Assembly (NCBI GenBank): GCA_964016885.1
Contig: OZ024740.1
Span: 364,870,001-364,934,000 of the forward strand
Length of the DNA stretch: 64,000 nucleotides
DNA from: Eledone cirrhosa
Taxonomy: Eukaryota
Reading direction: 5' to 3'
The translations under genes and the position numbers were made by a program. The notes beneath the pieces are model-generated. The model did no database searches, had not been told where the DNA came from, and was given only the letters and a program-made list of their open reading frames with translations. Positions 45,001-56,254 of the stretch are shown here, one piece after another. How positions within the stretch are numbered: the stretch's first letter is position 1; every line of letters starts with the position of its first letter.

Positions 45001-48000
45001 TACTAACAATTAGCTAAACATATCCTCCCCTTCTCTCAACCACAGTCAGTATATGTTCTATAGTACTAACAATTAGCTAAACATATCCTCCTCCTTCCCT
45101 CAACCACAGTCAGTATATGTTCTATAGTACTAACAATTAGCTAAACATATCCTCCTCCTTCTCTCAACCACAGTCAGTATATGTTCTATAGTACTAACAA
45201 TTAGCTAAACATATCCTCCTCCTTCTCACAACCACAGTCAGTATATGCTCTATAGTACTAACAATTAGCTAAACATATCCTCCTCCTTCCCTCAACCACA
45301 GTCAGTATTTGTTCTATAGTACTAACAATTAGCTAAACATATCCTCCTCCTTCCCTCAACCACAGTCAGTATATGTTCTATAGTACTAACAATTAGCTAA
45401 ACATATCCATTTCCTTCTCTCAACCACAGTCAGTATATGTTCTATAGTACTAACAATTAGCTAAACATATCCTCCTCCTTCTCTCAACCACAGTCAGTAT
45501 ATGTTCTATAGTACTAACAATTAGCTAAACATATCCTCCTCCTTCTCTCAACCACAGTCAGTATATGTTCTATAGTACTAACAATTAGCTAAACATATCC
45601 TCCTCCTTCTCTCAACTACAGTCAGTATATGTTCTATAGTACTAACAATTAGCTAAACATATCCTCCTCCTTCCCTCAACCACAGTCAGTATTTGTTCTA
45701 TAGTACTAACAATTAGCTAAACATATCCTCCTCCTTCTCTCAACCACAGTCAGTATATGTTCTATAGTACTAACAATTAGCTAAACATATCCTCCTCCTT
45801 CTCTCAACCACAGTCAGTATATGTTCTATAGTACTAACAATTAGCTAAACATATCCTCCTCCTTCTCTCAACTACAGTCAGTATATGTTCTATAGTACTA
45901 ACAATTAGCTAAATATATCCTCCTCCTTCTCTCAACTAGAGTCAGTATATGTTCTATAGTACTAACAATTAGCTAAACATATCCCCCTCCTTCCCTCAAC
46001 CACAGTCAGTAATTGTTCTATAGTACTAATAATTATCTAAACATATCCCCCCCTTCTCACAACCACAGTCAGTATATGTTCTATAGTACTAACAATTAGC
46101 TAAACATATCCTCTTCCTTCTTTCAACCACAGTCAGTATATGTTCTATAGTACTAACAATTAGCTAAACATATCCTCCTTCTTATCTCAACCTCAGTCAG
46201 TATATGTTCTATAGTACTAACAATTAACTAAACATATCGTTCCCCTCCTCTAAACCACAGTCAGTATATGTTCTATAGTACTAACAATTAGCTAAACATA
46301 TCCTCCTCCTTCTCTCAACCACAGTCAGTATATTTTCTATAGTACTAACAATTGCGCTAAACATATCCTCCCCCTTCTCTCAACCACAGTCAGTATATGT
46401 TCTATAGTACTAACAATTAGCTAAACATATCCTCCCCTTATCTCAACCACAGTCAGTATATGTTCTATAGTACTAACAATTAGCTAAACATATCCTCCCC
46501 TTATCTCAACCACAGTCAGTATATGTTCTATAGTACTAACAATTAGCTAAACATATCCTCCCCTTATCTCAACCACAGTCAGTATATGTTCTATAGTACT
46601 AACAATTAGCTAAACATATCCTCTTCCTTCACTCAACCACACTCAGTATATGTTCTATAGTACTAACAATTAGCTAAACATATCCTCCCCTTCTCTCAAC
46701 CACAGTCAGTATATGTTCTATAGTACTAACAATTAGCTAAACATATCCACCCCTTCTCTCAACCACAGTCAGTATATGTTCTATAGTACTAACAATTAGC
46801 TAAACATATCCTCTTCCTTCTCTGAACCACAGTCAGTATATGTTCTATAGTACTAACAATTAGTTAAACATATCCTCTTCCTTCTCTGAACCACAGTCAG
46901 TATATGTTCTATAGTACTAACAATTAGCTAAACATATCCTCCCCTTCTCTCAATCACAGTCAGTATTTGTTCTATAGTACTAACAATTATCTAAACATAT
47001 CCCCCCCCTTCTCTCAACCACAGTCAGTATATGTTCTATAGTACTAACAATTAGATAAACATATCCTCTTCCTTCTCTGAACCACAGTCAGTATATTTTC
47101 TATAGTACTAACAATTAGCTAAACATATACTCTTCCTTCTCTCAACCACAGTCAGTATATGTTCTATAGTACTAACAATTAGCTAAACATATCCTCCCCC
47201 TTCTCTCAACCACAGTCAGTATATGTTCTATAGTACTAACAATTAGCTAAACATATCCTCCCCTTCTCTCAATCACAGTCAGTATATTTTCTATAGTACT
47301 AACAATTAGCTAAACATATACTCTTCCTTCTCTCAACCACAGTCAGTATATGTTCTATAGTACTAACAATTAGCTAAACATATCCTCCCCCTTCTCTCAA
47401 CCACAGTCAGTATATGTTCTATAGTACTAACAATTAGCTAAACATATACTCTTCCTTCTCTCAACCACAGTCACTATATGTTCTATAGTACTAACAATTA
47501 GCTAAACATATCCTCCCCTTCTCTCAGCCACAGTCAGTATATGTTCTATAGTTCTAACAATTAGCTAAACATATACTCTTCCTTCTCTCAACCACAGTCA
47601 GTATATGTTCTATAGTACTAACAATTAGCTAAACATATCCTCCCCTTCTCTCAACCGCAGTCAGTATATGTTCTATAGTACTAACAATTAGATAAACATA
47701 TCCTCCCCTTCTCTCAACCACAGTCAGTATATGTTCTATAGTACTAACAATTAGCTAAACATATCCTCCCCCTTCTCTCAACCACAGTCAGTATATGTTC
47801 TATAGTACTAACAATTAGCTAAACATATACTCTTCCTTCTCTCAACCACAGTCAGTATATGTTCTATAGTACTAACAATTAGCTAAACATATCCTCCCCT
47901 TCTCTCAGCCACAGTCAGTATATGTTCTATAGTTCTAACAATTAGCTAAACATATACTCTTCCTTCTCTCAACCACAGTCAGTATATGTTCTATAGTACT

Positions 48001-51000
48001 AACAATTAGCTAAACATATCCTCCCCTTCTCTCAACCACAGTCAGTATATGTTCTATAGTACTAACAATTAGATAAACATATCCTCCCCTTCTCTCAACC
48101 ACAGTCAGTATATGTTCTATAGTACTAACAATTAGTTAAACATATCCTCTTCCTTCTCTCAACCACAGTCAGTATATGTTCTATAGTACTAACAATTAGC
48201 TAAACATATCCTCCCCTTCTCTCAACCACAGTCAGTATATGTTCTATAGTACTAACAATTAGCTAAACATATCCTCTTCCTTCTCTCAACCACAGTCAGT
48301 ATATGTTCTATAGTACTAACAATTAGCTAAACATATCCTCCTCCTTCTCTCAACCACAGTCAGTATATGTTCTATAGTACTAACAATTAGTTAAACATAT
48401 CCTCCTCCTCCCCTCAACCACAGTCAGTATATGTTCTATAGTACTAACAATTAGCTAAACATATCCTCCTCCTTCTCTCAACCACAGTCAGTATATGTTC
48501 TATAGTACTAACAATTAGCTAAACATATCCTCCCCTTCTCTCAACCACAGTCAGTATATGTTCTATAGTACTAACAATTAGCTAAACATATCCTCCTCCT
48601 TCCCTCAACCACAGTCAGTATATGTTCTATAGTACTAACAATTAGCTAAACATATCCTCCTCCTTCCCTCAACCACAGTCAGTATTTGTTCTATAGTACT
48701 AACAATTAGCTAAACATATCCTCCTCCTTCCCTCAACCACAGTCAGTATATGTTCTATAGTACTAACAATTAGCTAAACATATCCATTTCCTTCTCTCAA
48801 CCACAGTCAGTATATGTTCTATAGTACTAACAATTAGCTAAACATATCCTCCTCCTTCTCTCAACCACAGTCAGTATATGTTCTATAGTACTAACAATTA
48901 GCTAAACATATCCTCCTCCTTCTCTCAACCACAGTCAGTATATGTTCTATAGTACTAACAATTAGCTAAACATATCCTCCTCCTTCTCTCAACTACAGTC
49001 AGTATATGTTCTATAGTACTAACAATTAGCTAAACATATCCTCCTCCTTCTCTCAACTAGAGTCAGTATATGTTCTATAGTACTAACAATTAGCTAAACA
49101 TATCCTCCTCCTTCCCTCAACCACAGTCAGTAATTGTTCTATAGTACTAATAATTATCTAAACATATCCCCCCCTTCTCTCAACCACAGTCAGTATATAT
49201 TCTATAGTACTAACAATTAGCTAAACATATCCTCTTCCTTCTCTCAACCACAGTCAGTATATGTTCTATAGTACTAACAATTAGCTAAACATATCCTCTT
49301 CCTTCTCTCAACCACAGTCAGTATATGTTCTATAGTACTAACAATTAGCTAAACATATCCTCCTCCTTCTCTCAACCACAGTCAGTGTATGTTCTATAGT
49401 ACTAACAATTAGCTAAACATATCCTCCTCCTTCTCTCAACCACAGTCAGTATATGTTCTATAGTACTAACAATTAGCTAAACATATCCTCCCCTTCTCTC
49501 AACCACAGTCAGTATATGTTCTATAGTACTAACAATTAGCTAAACATATCCCCCTCCTTCTCTCAACCACAGTCCGTATATGTTCTATAGTACTAACAAT
49601 TAGCTAAACATATCCTCCTCCTTCTCTCAACCACAGTCAGTATATGTTCTATAGTACTAACAATTAGCTAAACATATCATCCCCTTCTCTCATCCACAGT
49701 CAGTATATGTTCTATACTACTAACAATTAGCTAAACATATCCTCCCCCTTCTCTCAACCACAGTCAGTATATGTTCTATAGTACTAACAATTAGCTAAAC
49801 ATATCCTCCCCTTCTCTCAACCACAGTCAGTATATGTTCTATAGTACTAACAATTAGCTAAACATATCCTCCCCTTCTCTCAACCACAGTCAGTATATGT
49901 TCTATAGTACTAAAAGTAGCTAAATATATCCGCTTCCTTCTCTCAACCACAGTCAGTATATGTTCTATAGTACTAACAATTAGCTAAACATATCCTCCCC
50001 TTCTCTCAACCACAGTCAGTGTATGTTCTATAGTACTAACAATTAGCTAAACATATCCTCTTCCTTTTCTCAACCACAGTCAATATATGTTCTATAGTAC
50101 TAACAATTAGCTAAACATATCCTCCCCTTCTCTCAACCACAGTCAGTATATGTTCTATAGTACTAACAATTAGCTAAAAATATCCTCTTCCTTCTCTCAA
50201 CCACAGTCAGTATATGTTCTATAGTACTAACAATTAGCTAAACATATCCTCTTCCTTTTCTCAACCACAGTCAATATATGTTCTATAGTACTAACAATTA
50301 GCTAAACATATCCTCCCCTTCTCTCAACCACAGTCAGTATATGTTCTATAGTACTAACAATTAGCTAAACATATCCTCCTCCTTCTCTCAACCACAGTCA
50401 GTATATGTTCTATAGTACTAACAATTAGCTAAACATATCCTCCTTCTTCTCTCAACCACAGTCAGTATATGTTCTATAGTACTAACAATTAGCTAAACAT
50501 ATCCTCCTCCTTCTCTCAACTACAGTCAGTATATGTTCTATAGTACTAACAATTAGCTAAACATATCCTCCTCCTTCTCTCAACTAGAGTCAGTATATGT
50601 TCTATAGTACTAACAATTAGCTAAACATATCCTCCTCCTTCCCTCAACCACAGTCAGTAATTGTTCTATAGTACTAATAATTATCTAAACATATCCCCCC
50701 CTTCTCTCAACCACAGTCAGTATATGTTCTATAGTACTAACAATTAGCTAAACATATCCTCTTCCTTCTCTCAACCACAGTCAGTATATGTTCTATAGTA
50801 CTAACAATTAGCTAAACATATCCTCTTCCTTCTCTCAACCACAGTCAGTATATGTTCTATAGTACTAACAATTAGCTAAACATATCCTCCTCCTTCTCTC
50901 AACCACAGTCAGTGTATGTTCTATAGTACTAACAATTAGCTAAACATATCCTCCTCCTTCTCTCAACCACAGTCAGTATATGTTCTATAGTACTAACAAT

Positions 51001-52560
51001 TAGCTAAACATATCCTCCTCCTTCTCTCAACCACAGTCCGTATATGTTCTATAGTACTAACAATTAGCTAAACATATCCACTTCCTTCTCACAACCACAG
51101 TCAGTATATGTTCTATAGTACTAACAATTAGCTAAACATATCCTCTTCCTTCTCTCAACCACAGTCAGTATATGTTCTATAGTACTAACAATTAGCTAAA
51201 CATATCCTCCTCCTTCTCTCAACCACAGTCAGTGTATGTTCTATAGTACTAACAATTAGCTAAACATATCCTCTTCCTTCTCTCAACCACAGTCAGTATA
51301 TGTTCTATAGTACTAACAATTAGCTAAACATATCCTCCTCCTTCTCTCAACCACAGTCAGTATATGTTCTATAGTACTAACAATTAGCTAAACATATCAT
51401 CCCCTTCTCTCATCCACAGTCAGTATATGTTCTATACTACTAACAATTAGCTAAACATATCCTCCCCCTTCTCTCAACCACAGTCAGTATATGTTCTATA
51501 GTACTAACAATTAGCTAAACATATCCTCCCCTTCTCTCAACCACAGTCAGTATATGTTCTATAGTACTAACAATTAGCTAAACATATCCTCCCCTTCTCT
51601 CAACCACAGTCAGTATATGTTCTATAGTACTAAAAGTAGCTAAATATATCCGCTTCCTTCTCTCAACCACAGTCAGTATATGTTCTATAGTACTAACAAT
51701 TAGCTAAACATATCCTCCCCTTCTCTCAACCACAGTCAGTGTATGTTCTATAGTACTAACAATTAGCTAAACATATCCTCTTCCTTTTCTCAACCACAGT
51801 CAATATATGTTCTATAGTACTAACAATTAGCTAAACATATCCTCCCCTTCTCTCAACCACAGTCAGTATATGTTCTATAGTACTAACAATTAGCTAAAAA
51901 TATCCTCTTCCTTCTCTCAACCACAGTCAGTATATGTTCTATAGTACTAACAATTAGCTAAACATATCCTCTTCCTTTTCTCAACCACAGTCAGTATATG
52001 TTCTATCGTACTAACAATTAGCTAAACATATCCTCCCCTTCTCTCAACCACAGTCAGTATATGTTCTATAGTACTAACAATTAGCTAAACATATCCTCTT
52101 CCTTTTCTCAACCACAGTCAGTATATGTTCTATAGTACTAACAATTAGCTAAACATATCCTCCCCCTTCTCTCAACCACAGTCAGTATATGTTCTATAGT
52201 ACTAACAATTAGCTAAACATATCCCCCCCCTTCTCTCAACTACAGTCAGTATATGTTCTATAGTATTAACAATTAGCTAAACATATCCTCCTTCCTTCTC
52301 TCAACCACAGTCAGTATATGTTCTATAGTACTAACAATTAGCTAAACATATCCTCTTCCTTCTCTCAACCACAGTCAGTATATGTTCTATAGTACTAACA
52401 ATTAGCTAAACATATCCTCTTCCTTCTCTCAACCACAGTCTGTATATGTTCTATAATACTAACAATTAGCTAAACATATCCTCTTCCTTTTCTCAACCAC
52501 AGTCAGTATATGTTCTATAGTACTAACAATTAGCTAAACATATCCTCCTCCTTCTCTCAA
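1..52560. repeat. Tandem satellite array, 63/64-bp monomer, about 825 copies, runs off the left edge of the window
   Basis: Continuous head-to-tail copies of AACCACAGTCAGTATATGTTCTATAGTACTAACAATTAGCTAAACATATCCTCCTCCTTCTCTC (64 bp; 63 bp when the tract reads CTCCCC). The 21-aa periodicity of ORF 35548..35745 confirms the 63-bp unit. No inversions or foreign insertions seen. Last monomer ends ...CTTCTCTCAA at 52560. Confidence 0.99.
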
Positions 52561-52623
52561 TTAAAACTAAAACTGAACTCAAAAGTAACCCAGGAAAAAT
52601 ATTTTTTAAATGGTAAAAGTCCA

Positions 52624-52903
52624 AGCAACAACAACAACGACAACATTAACAGCAACAGCAACAATGACAACAGTAATGACAACAAAAAAAACAGCAACAG
52701 CAACTATGACAACATTAAGAGCAACAACAGCAATGACAACAGTAATGACAACAGGAACAATAACAGCATCAACATCAACAACAACAACAACAGCAGGAAC
52801 TAAAATGACAACAATAACAAGAACAACAACAATAATAATAACAGCAACAAGGAGAGTCAGAGACACGAACAACAATAACAATACCACCACCACCACCACC
52901 ACC

Positions 52904-52973
<70 letters not shown>

Positions 52974-53165
52974 TCAACTATAACAACAGCAGTAACAACA
53001 ACAATATTAATAACATCATCACCAACACTACCATCACCACCACTACCACCAGTAACAACAGCAGCAGTAATAACAACATTAATAACACTAATACTCCCAC
53101 TACACCCCCCTCACATCACAACCACTTCACCACTACCGCTACTACCACCACCACCACCAACAACA
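52624..53165. repeat. Compound trinucleotide microsatellite / low-complexity tract (AAC, ACC, AAT, AGC)
   Basis: Degenerate ACA/AAC repeats with pure (CAC)n at about 52883-52918 and (AAC)n at about 52919-52972. This tract explains the poly-T/N and poly-L/V ORFs. Confidence 0.95.
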
Positions 53166-53274
53166 AAGGCAGCCAAAAACATGGATTATTATTCTTCACT
53201 AAATTAAATCACTTCTATCTGTAATGTAGTCTGAAAATAGAATATTTTGCTTGTTCATTTTTTGCAAAATGTTC

Positions 53275-53830
53275 TCATCATCATCATTTAATGTTCATTT
53301 TCCTTTCTAATAAGGGTTGAATGGGTCATCACAGACCAAGTCAGTACTTAATCAGAGCTACTGATCTCCTAAGCTACCGTACATTTGATTGTGGCACCAA
53401 CACTAAAGAGGTCATGATGCTTTTGGCTCAACCTAGTCCTTTCTACCCTTTGGCAAGTTAACTATAGCAGAATGCCCTTCCTATCTACTCTACAGAATGT
53501 AATGGGTGCATTTTATAGTGGCTCCAACACTAAAGAGGTTGTGGGGCTCTTGACACTACTGAATTATACTCTCAAACTTTTTTTGGCAAGGTTTCTGTGG
53601 CTGGATATATTTTTTGTGGTACCAGCACTAGACAGATTGTTGTATCATGACTGAAGAGTCCTCACAACTCTTTTTGGCATGGTTTCTATGGTTAGAAGCC
53701 TTTTCTAACAGCAACCACATTACAGCCTACACTGGATGGTACTTGCACAAGGGAGGTTGTCAGTCATTGACTCAGATGAAGACCGCTCTCTACCCTATTA
53801 GAGGAAGGGATATGGTTGGGGGAGATGTGG
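53275..53830 (-). mobile_element. Decayed non-autonomous retroelement (SINE-like) with RTE-type 3' tail and internal direct repeats
   Basis: Begins (CAT)n-TTAATGTTCATTTTCC, the reverse complement of the GGAAAA..GGACGTTAAA(TGA)n tail on the RTE copies downstream. Internal repeats GTGGCACCAACACTAAAGAGG at about 53391, 53519 and 53616. Shares CCAAGTCAGTACT..TACTGA with 61726-62300. Far boundary uncertain. Confidence 0.55.
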
Positions 53831-53951
53831 AAAAATCTGATAAGTAGGATGCCATGTATAAGTAATAATAGGTTGTGGGAGCATGATAGCATAATGTCAC
53901 TAATTAAAACTTCTTGGTTAATGAAGCTATTATTATTGATTTTAATGGAGT

Positions 53952-54167
53952 TTAACACTTTAGCATTTCCATTACTCAATATTTACTATTATATTTTCGG
54001 GGGAAAAGCTTTATCTCACATAACATCGAATCTATGAGATTTTGATATTATTTATATTTAGAACAATACCATAACATCAGTATGAGTGGCCAGTTATGGC
54101 CGATTTGAACAGAAAGAGGTGAGAGAATTTTGGCTGGATACAGCCAGTTTAAATGCTAAAGCATTAA
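53952..54167. mobile_element. MITE with short TIRs and TTAA target-site duplication (piggyBac-like)
   Basis: TTAA-CACTTTAGCATTT (53952-53968) ... AAATGCTAAAGCA-TTAA (54151-54167). TIRs match 11/13, TTAA flanks both ends, and the 208-bp body is non-coding. Confidence 0.7.
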
Positions 54168-54185
54168 AGGGCATTAATATGGTTA

Positions 54186-54466
54186 GTGAAGGTGTGTAGT
54201 GCAGTGGTTAGTGTGTTTAGCTAACAATTGTAAAGTCATGAGCTCGAATCCTGGCAGGCACATTATTTCATGTTGCTCTTGTCCACTTAGCTGGCAAAAA
54301 TGTGATTCAAAAGGTTAGTCTTGTTATCTCCCATGTCATTCTGAATCTCCCTGAGAACTATGAGTTTGTAGTAGATTGCTCAGCTACTTGCATATTCATT
54401 TCATGATCAGTCTGTTTTGTTGATCAAACAGCTGGAGCACTTGTTATCAGAATGAATGGAGGGCCA
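54186..54466 (+). mobile_element. tRNA-derived SINE with target-site duplication
   Basis: A-box-like TAGTGCAGTGG and B-box-like GCTCGAATCC. Body (ATTTCATGTTGCTC..GTCCACTTAGCTGGCAAAAA..GAATCTCCCTGAGAACT) is homologous to the minus-strand copies at 54605-55084. Flanked by GCATTAATATGGTTA (54171-54185) and GCACTCATATGGTTA (54467-54481), 13/15 identical. Confidence 0.85.
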
Positions 54467-54505
54467 GCACTCATATGGTTAATGTAACTAATAAAACTGA
54501 CCTAA

Positions 54506-54597
54506 TGATGACAATAATGATGATGATGATGATGTTGGTGATGATGATAATGGTAACGATGTGGGGGATGATGATTTTGATGATGGTAATAGTGATG
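54506..54597. repeat. Degenerate (GAT)n microsatellite
   Basis: ATGATGACAATAATGATGATGATGATGATGTTGGTGATGATG... Confidence 0.85.
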
Positions 54598-54604
54598 TAA
54601 TTAC

Positions 54605-54856
54605 TGCATGTAGCTGAGCATTTGACAGACATGTGTACCCTTCATGTGAGTTCTCAAGGAGATTCAATGTGACGCTGTATGTAATGAGGCTGGGGCTTGG
54701 AATTATAGATACAACTAATTTTTGCCAGCTGAGTGAACTGAAGTAATATGAAATAATGTGTCTTCCTCAAGGACACACCGTGTTGCCTAGTATCGAACTC
54801 ACAGCCTTACGATTGTGAGCCAAACACTCTAACCACTAAGCCACATGTTTTCACAG
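54605..54856 (-). mobile_element. tRNA-derived SINE, same family as 54186-54466
   Basis: Reverse complement reads GTGAAAACATGTGGCTTAGTGGTTAGAGTG (A box) ... GAGTTCGATACT (B box) ... GTGTCCTTGAGGAAGACAC (CORE-like segment) ... CACTCAGCTGGCAAAAA. Confidence 0.85.
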
Positions 54857-54877
54857 TGAAGAATATGGCGAAGTGAA

Positions 54878-55084
54878 GTTCTCAGTGAGATTCTGTGTGA
54901 CACTGTGTGTGACAAGGCTGGGGCTTTGAATCAAAGATACAACTAATTTTTACCAGCTGAGTGGACTGAAGCAACATGAAATAATGTCTCTTGCTCAAGA
55001 ACACATTATATTGCCTAGTATTAAACTCACAACCTGACGATCTTAAGCCAAGCACTCTAACCACAAAGCCACATGTTTTCACAT
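54878..55084 (-). mobile_element. Second tandem copy of the same SINE (partial)
   Basis: Colinear with about 54650-54856 at a 228-bp offset (CCACATGTTTTCACA at 54841 and 55069). Confidence 0.85.
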
Positions 55085-55180
55085 TGAAGAATATGGAGAA
55101 GTGAAGTAATGAGATAACAGAGTGTAAAAAAAAAAAAAATAAGCTATTGATCGATCTTTGCCAGAAACCCCAAACAAATA

Positions 55181-55320
55181 TAATCACAACAACAACAAAA
55201 ACAATGACAACAACAACAACAACAACAACAACAACAGCATTAATAATAATAACAAAAACAACAATAATAAATAATAATAAATAAATAAATGTAAATGTAT
55301 AGATAAATAAATACAAACAA
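55181..55320. repeat. (AAC)n/(AAT)n/(AAAT)n compound microsatellite
   Basis: Directly visible simple repeats. Confidence 0.9.
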
Positions 55321-55593
55321 ACTGCTCTACATCTGCACATCATTTGCAGATATAGAGAACTCTATTAAATTGAGCAGAACAAAGCATTGATATTTCGAAC
55401 TGCCAGATCAATTTTGCCAAGGTTACATTGCCATGGTTACTGATATTGATAGGAACACTTTCTAAATTATAGAGTTTTAGTTTTTTTTTTTTACCATAAA
55501 TAGTAAACAAGGAAAAATAAAATCAGTCTTATAATATATGTTCTAAAACATTGGTGCTTCTTTGAGAGCGAATATAGGCATATGTAGGTAAAT

Positions 55594-55705
55594 ACACATT
55601 CACACACACACACGCACACACTCTCTCTCACAAACATACACACACACACACACACACACATGCACGCACACACATACACACACACACGTGTGGATGTGTG
55701 TGTGC
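55594..55705. repeat. (CA)n/(CT)n microsatellite followed by short (GT)n
   Basis: Directly visible; explains ORF 55491..55685. Confidence 0.9.
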
Positions 55706-55758
55706 TTATGTCGACATATGGATATAAAAGGGTAATGATGATATATATGTATGTTTAA

Positions 55759-55941
55759 AAATGTGGGAATCCCAAAGGCAGAAAATAACTATAACAACAG
55801 TCAATTGCTATACATAATAGCTTAGAAGATCGGGTAAATGCCCCTGGAGTCATAAAAACTGGTCAGCTGATCTTCTGAGGTATTATTTATAGTAATAGAC
55901 TGTTGTTACAGTTATTTTCTATGTTTGGGATTCCCACATTT
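55759..55941. repeat. Foldback element: 73-bp inverted arms around a 37-nt spacer
   Basis: AAATGTGGGAATCCCAAA..AGAAAATAACT.TAACAACAGTC..AGAAGATC (55759-55831) is the reverse complement of 55869-55941 with about 9 mismatches. Confidence 0.9.
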
Positions 55942-55979
55942 CAAAATTTCAAATCACTCAGCACTTTGATAATTCATAA

Positions 55980-56160
55980 GATATATATATATATATACTC
56001 ACACATACACACATATATATATATAAACAGATATTAAATGATGTTGATGATGATGACATGTATGTATATATATATATACACACACACACACATACACACA
56101 AACATATATATACATATATATAAACAGACATTAAATGATTTTGATGATGATTTTGATGTC

Positions 56161-56191
<31 letters not shown>

Positions 56192-56250
56192 TATATATAT
56201 ATATAAACAGACATTAAATGATGTTGATGATGGCGATGACATGTATATAT
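55980..56250 (+). repeat. Three tandem 83-97 bp units: (AT)n(AC)n(AT)n + RTE-like 3' tip + (GAT)n
   Basis: AAACAGA(T/C)ATTAAATGAT..TGATGATG at 56025, 56122 and 56205. Confidence 0.8.
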
Positions 56251-56254
56251 ATGT

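Noticed and set aside
1-52560. CRISPR-like appearance (conserved, partly palindromic repeat alternating with a variable segment)
   Set aside because: The variable segment is only about 8-15 bp of related C/T variants that recur many times, not unique spacers. No cas genes are present and the context is eukaryotic.
52606-53224. 204-aa Thr/Asn-rich and 123-aa Leu/Val-rich ORFs
   Set aside because: Translations of trinucleotide microsatellite with no domain content.
54214-54236. Similarity of the SINE head (TGTTTAGCTAACAATTGT) to the satellite reverse complement (TGTTTAGCTAATTGTT), suggesting a SINE origin of the satellite
   Set aside because: Match is only about 15 bp of AT-rich sequence. The sister SINE copy reads TGTTTGGCTCACAATCGT, so the resemblance comes from copy-specific decay.
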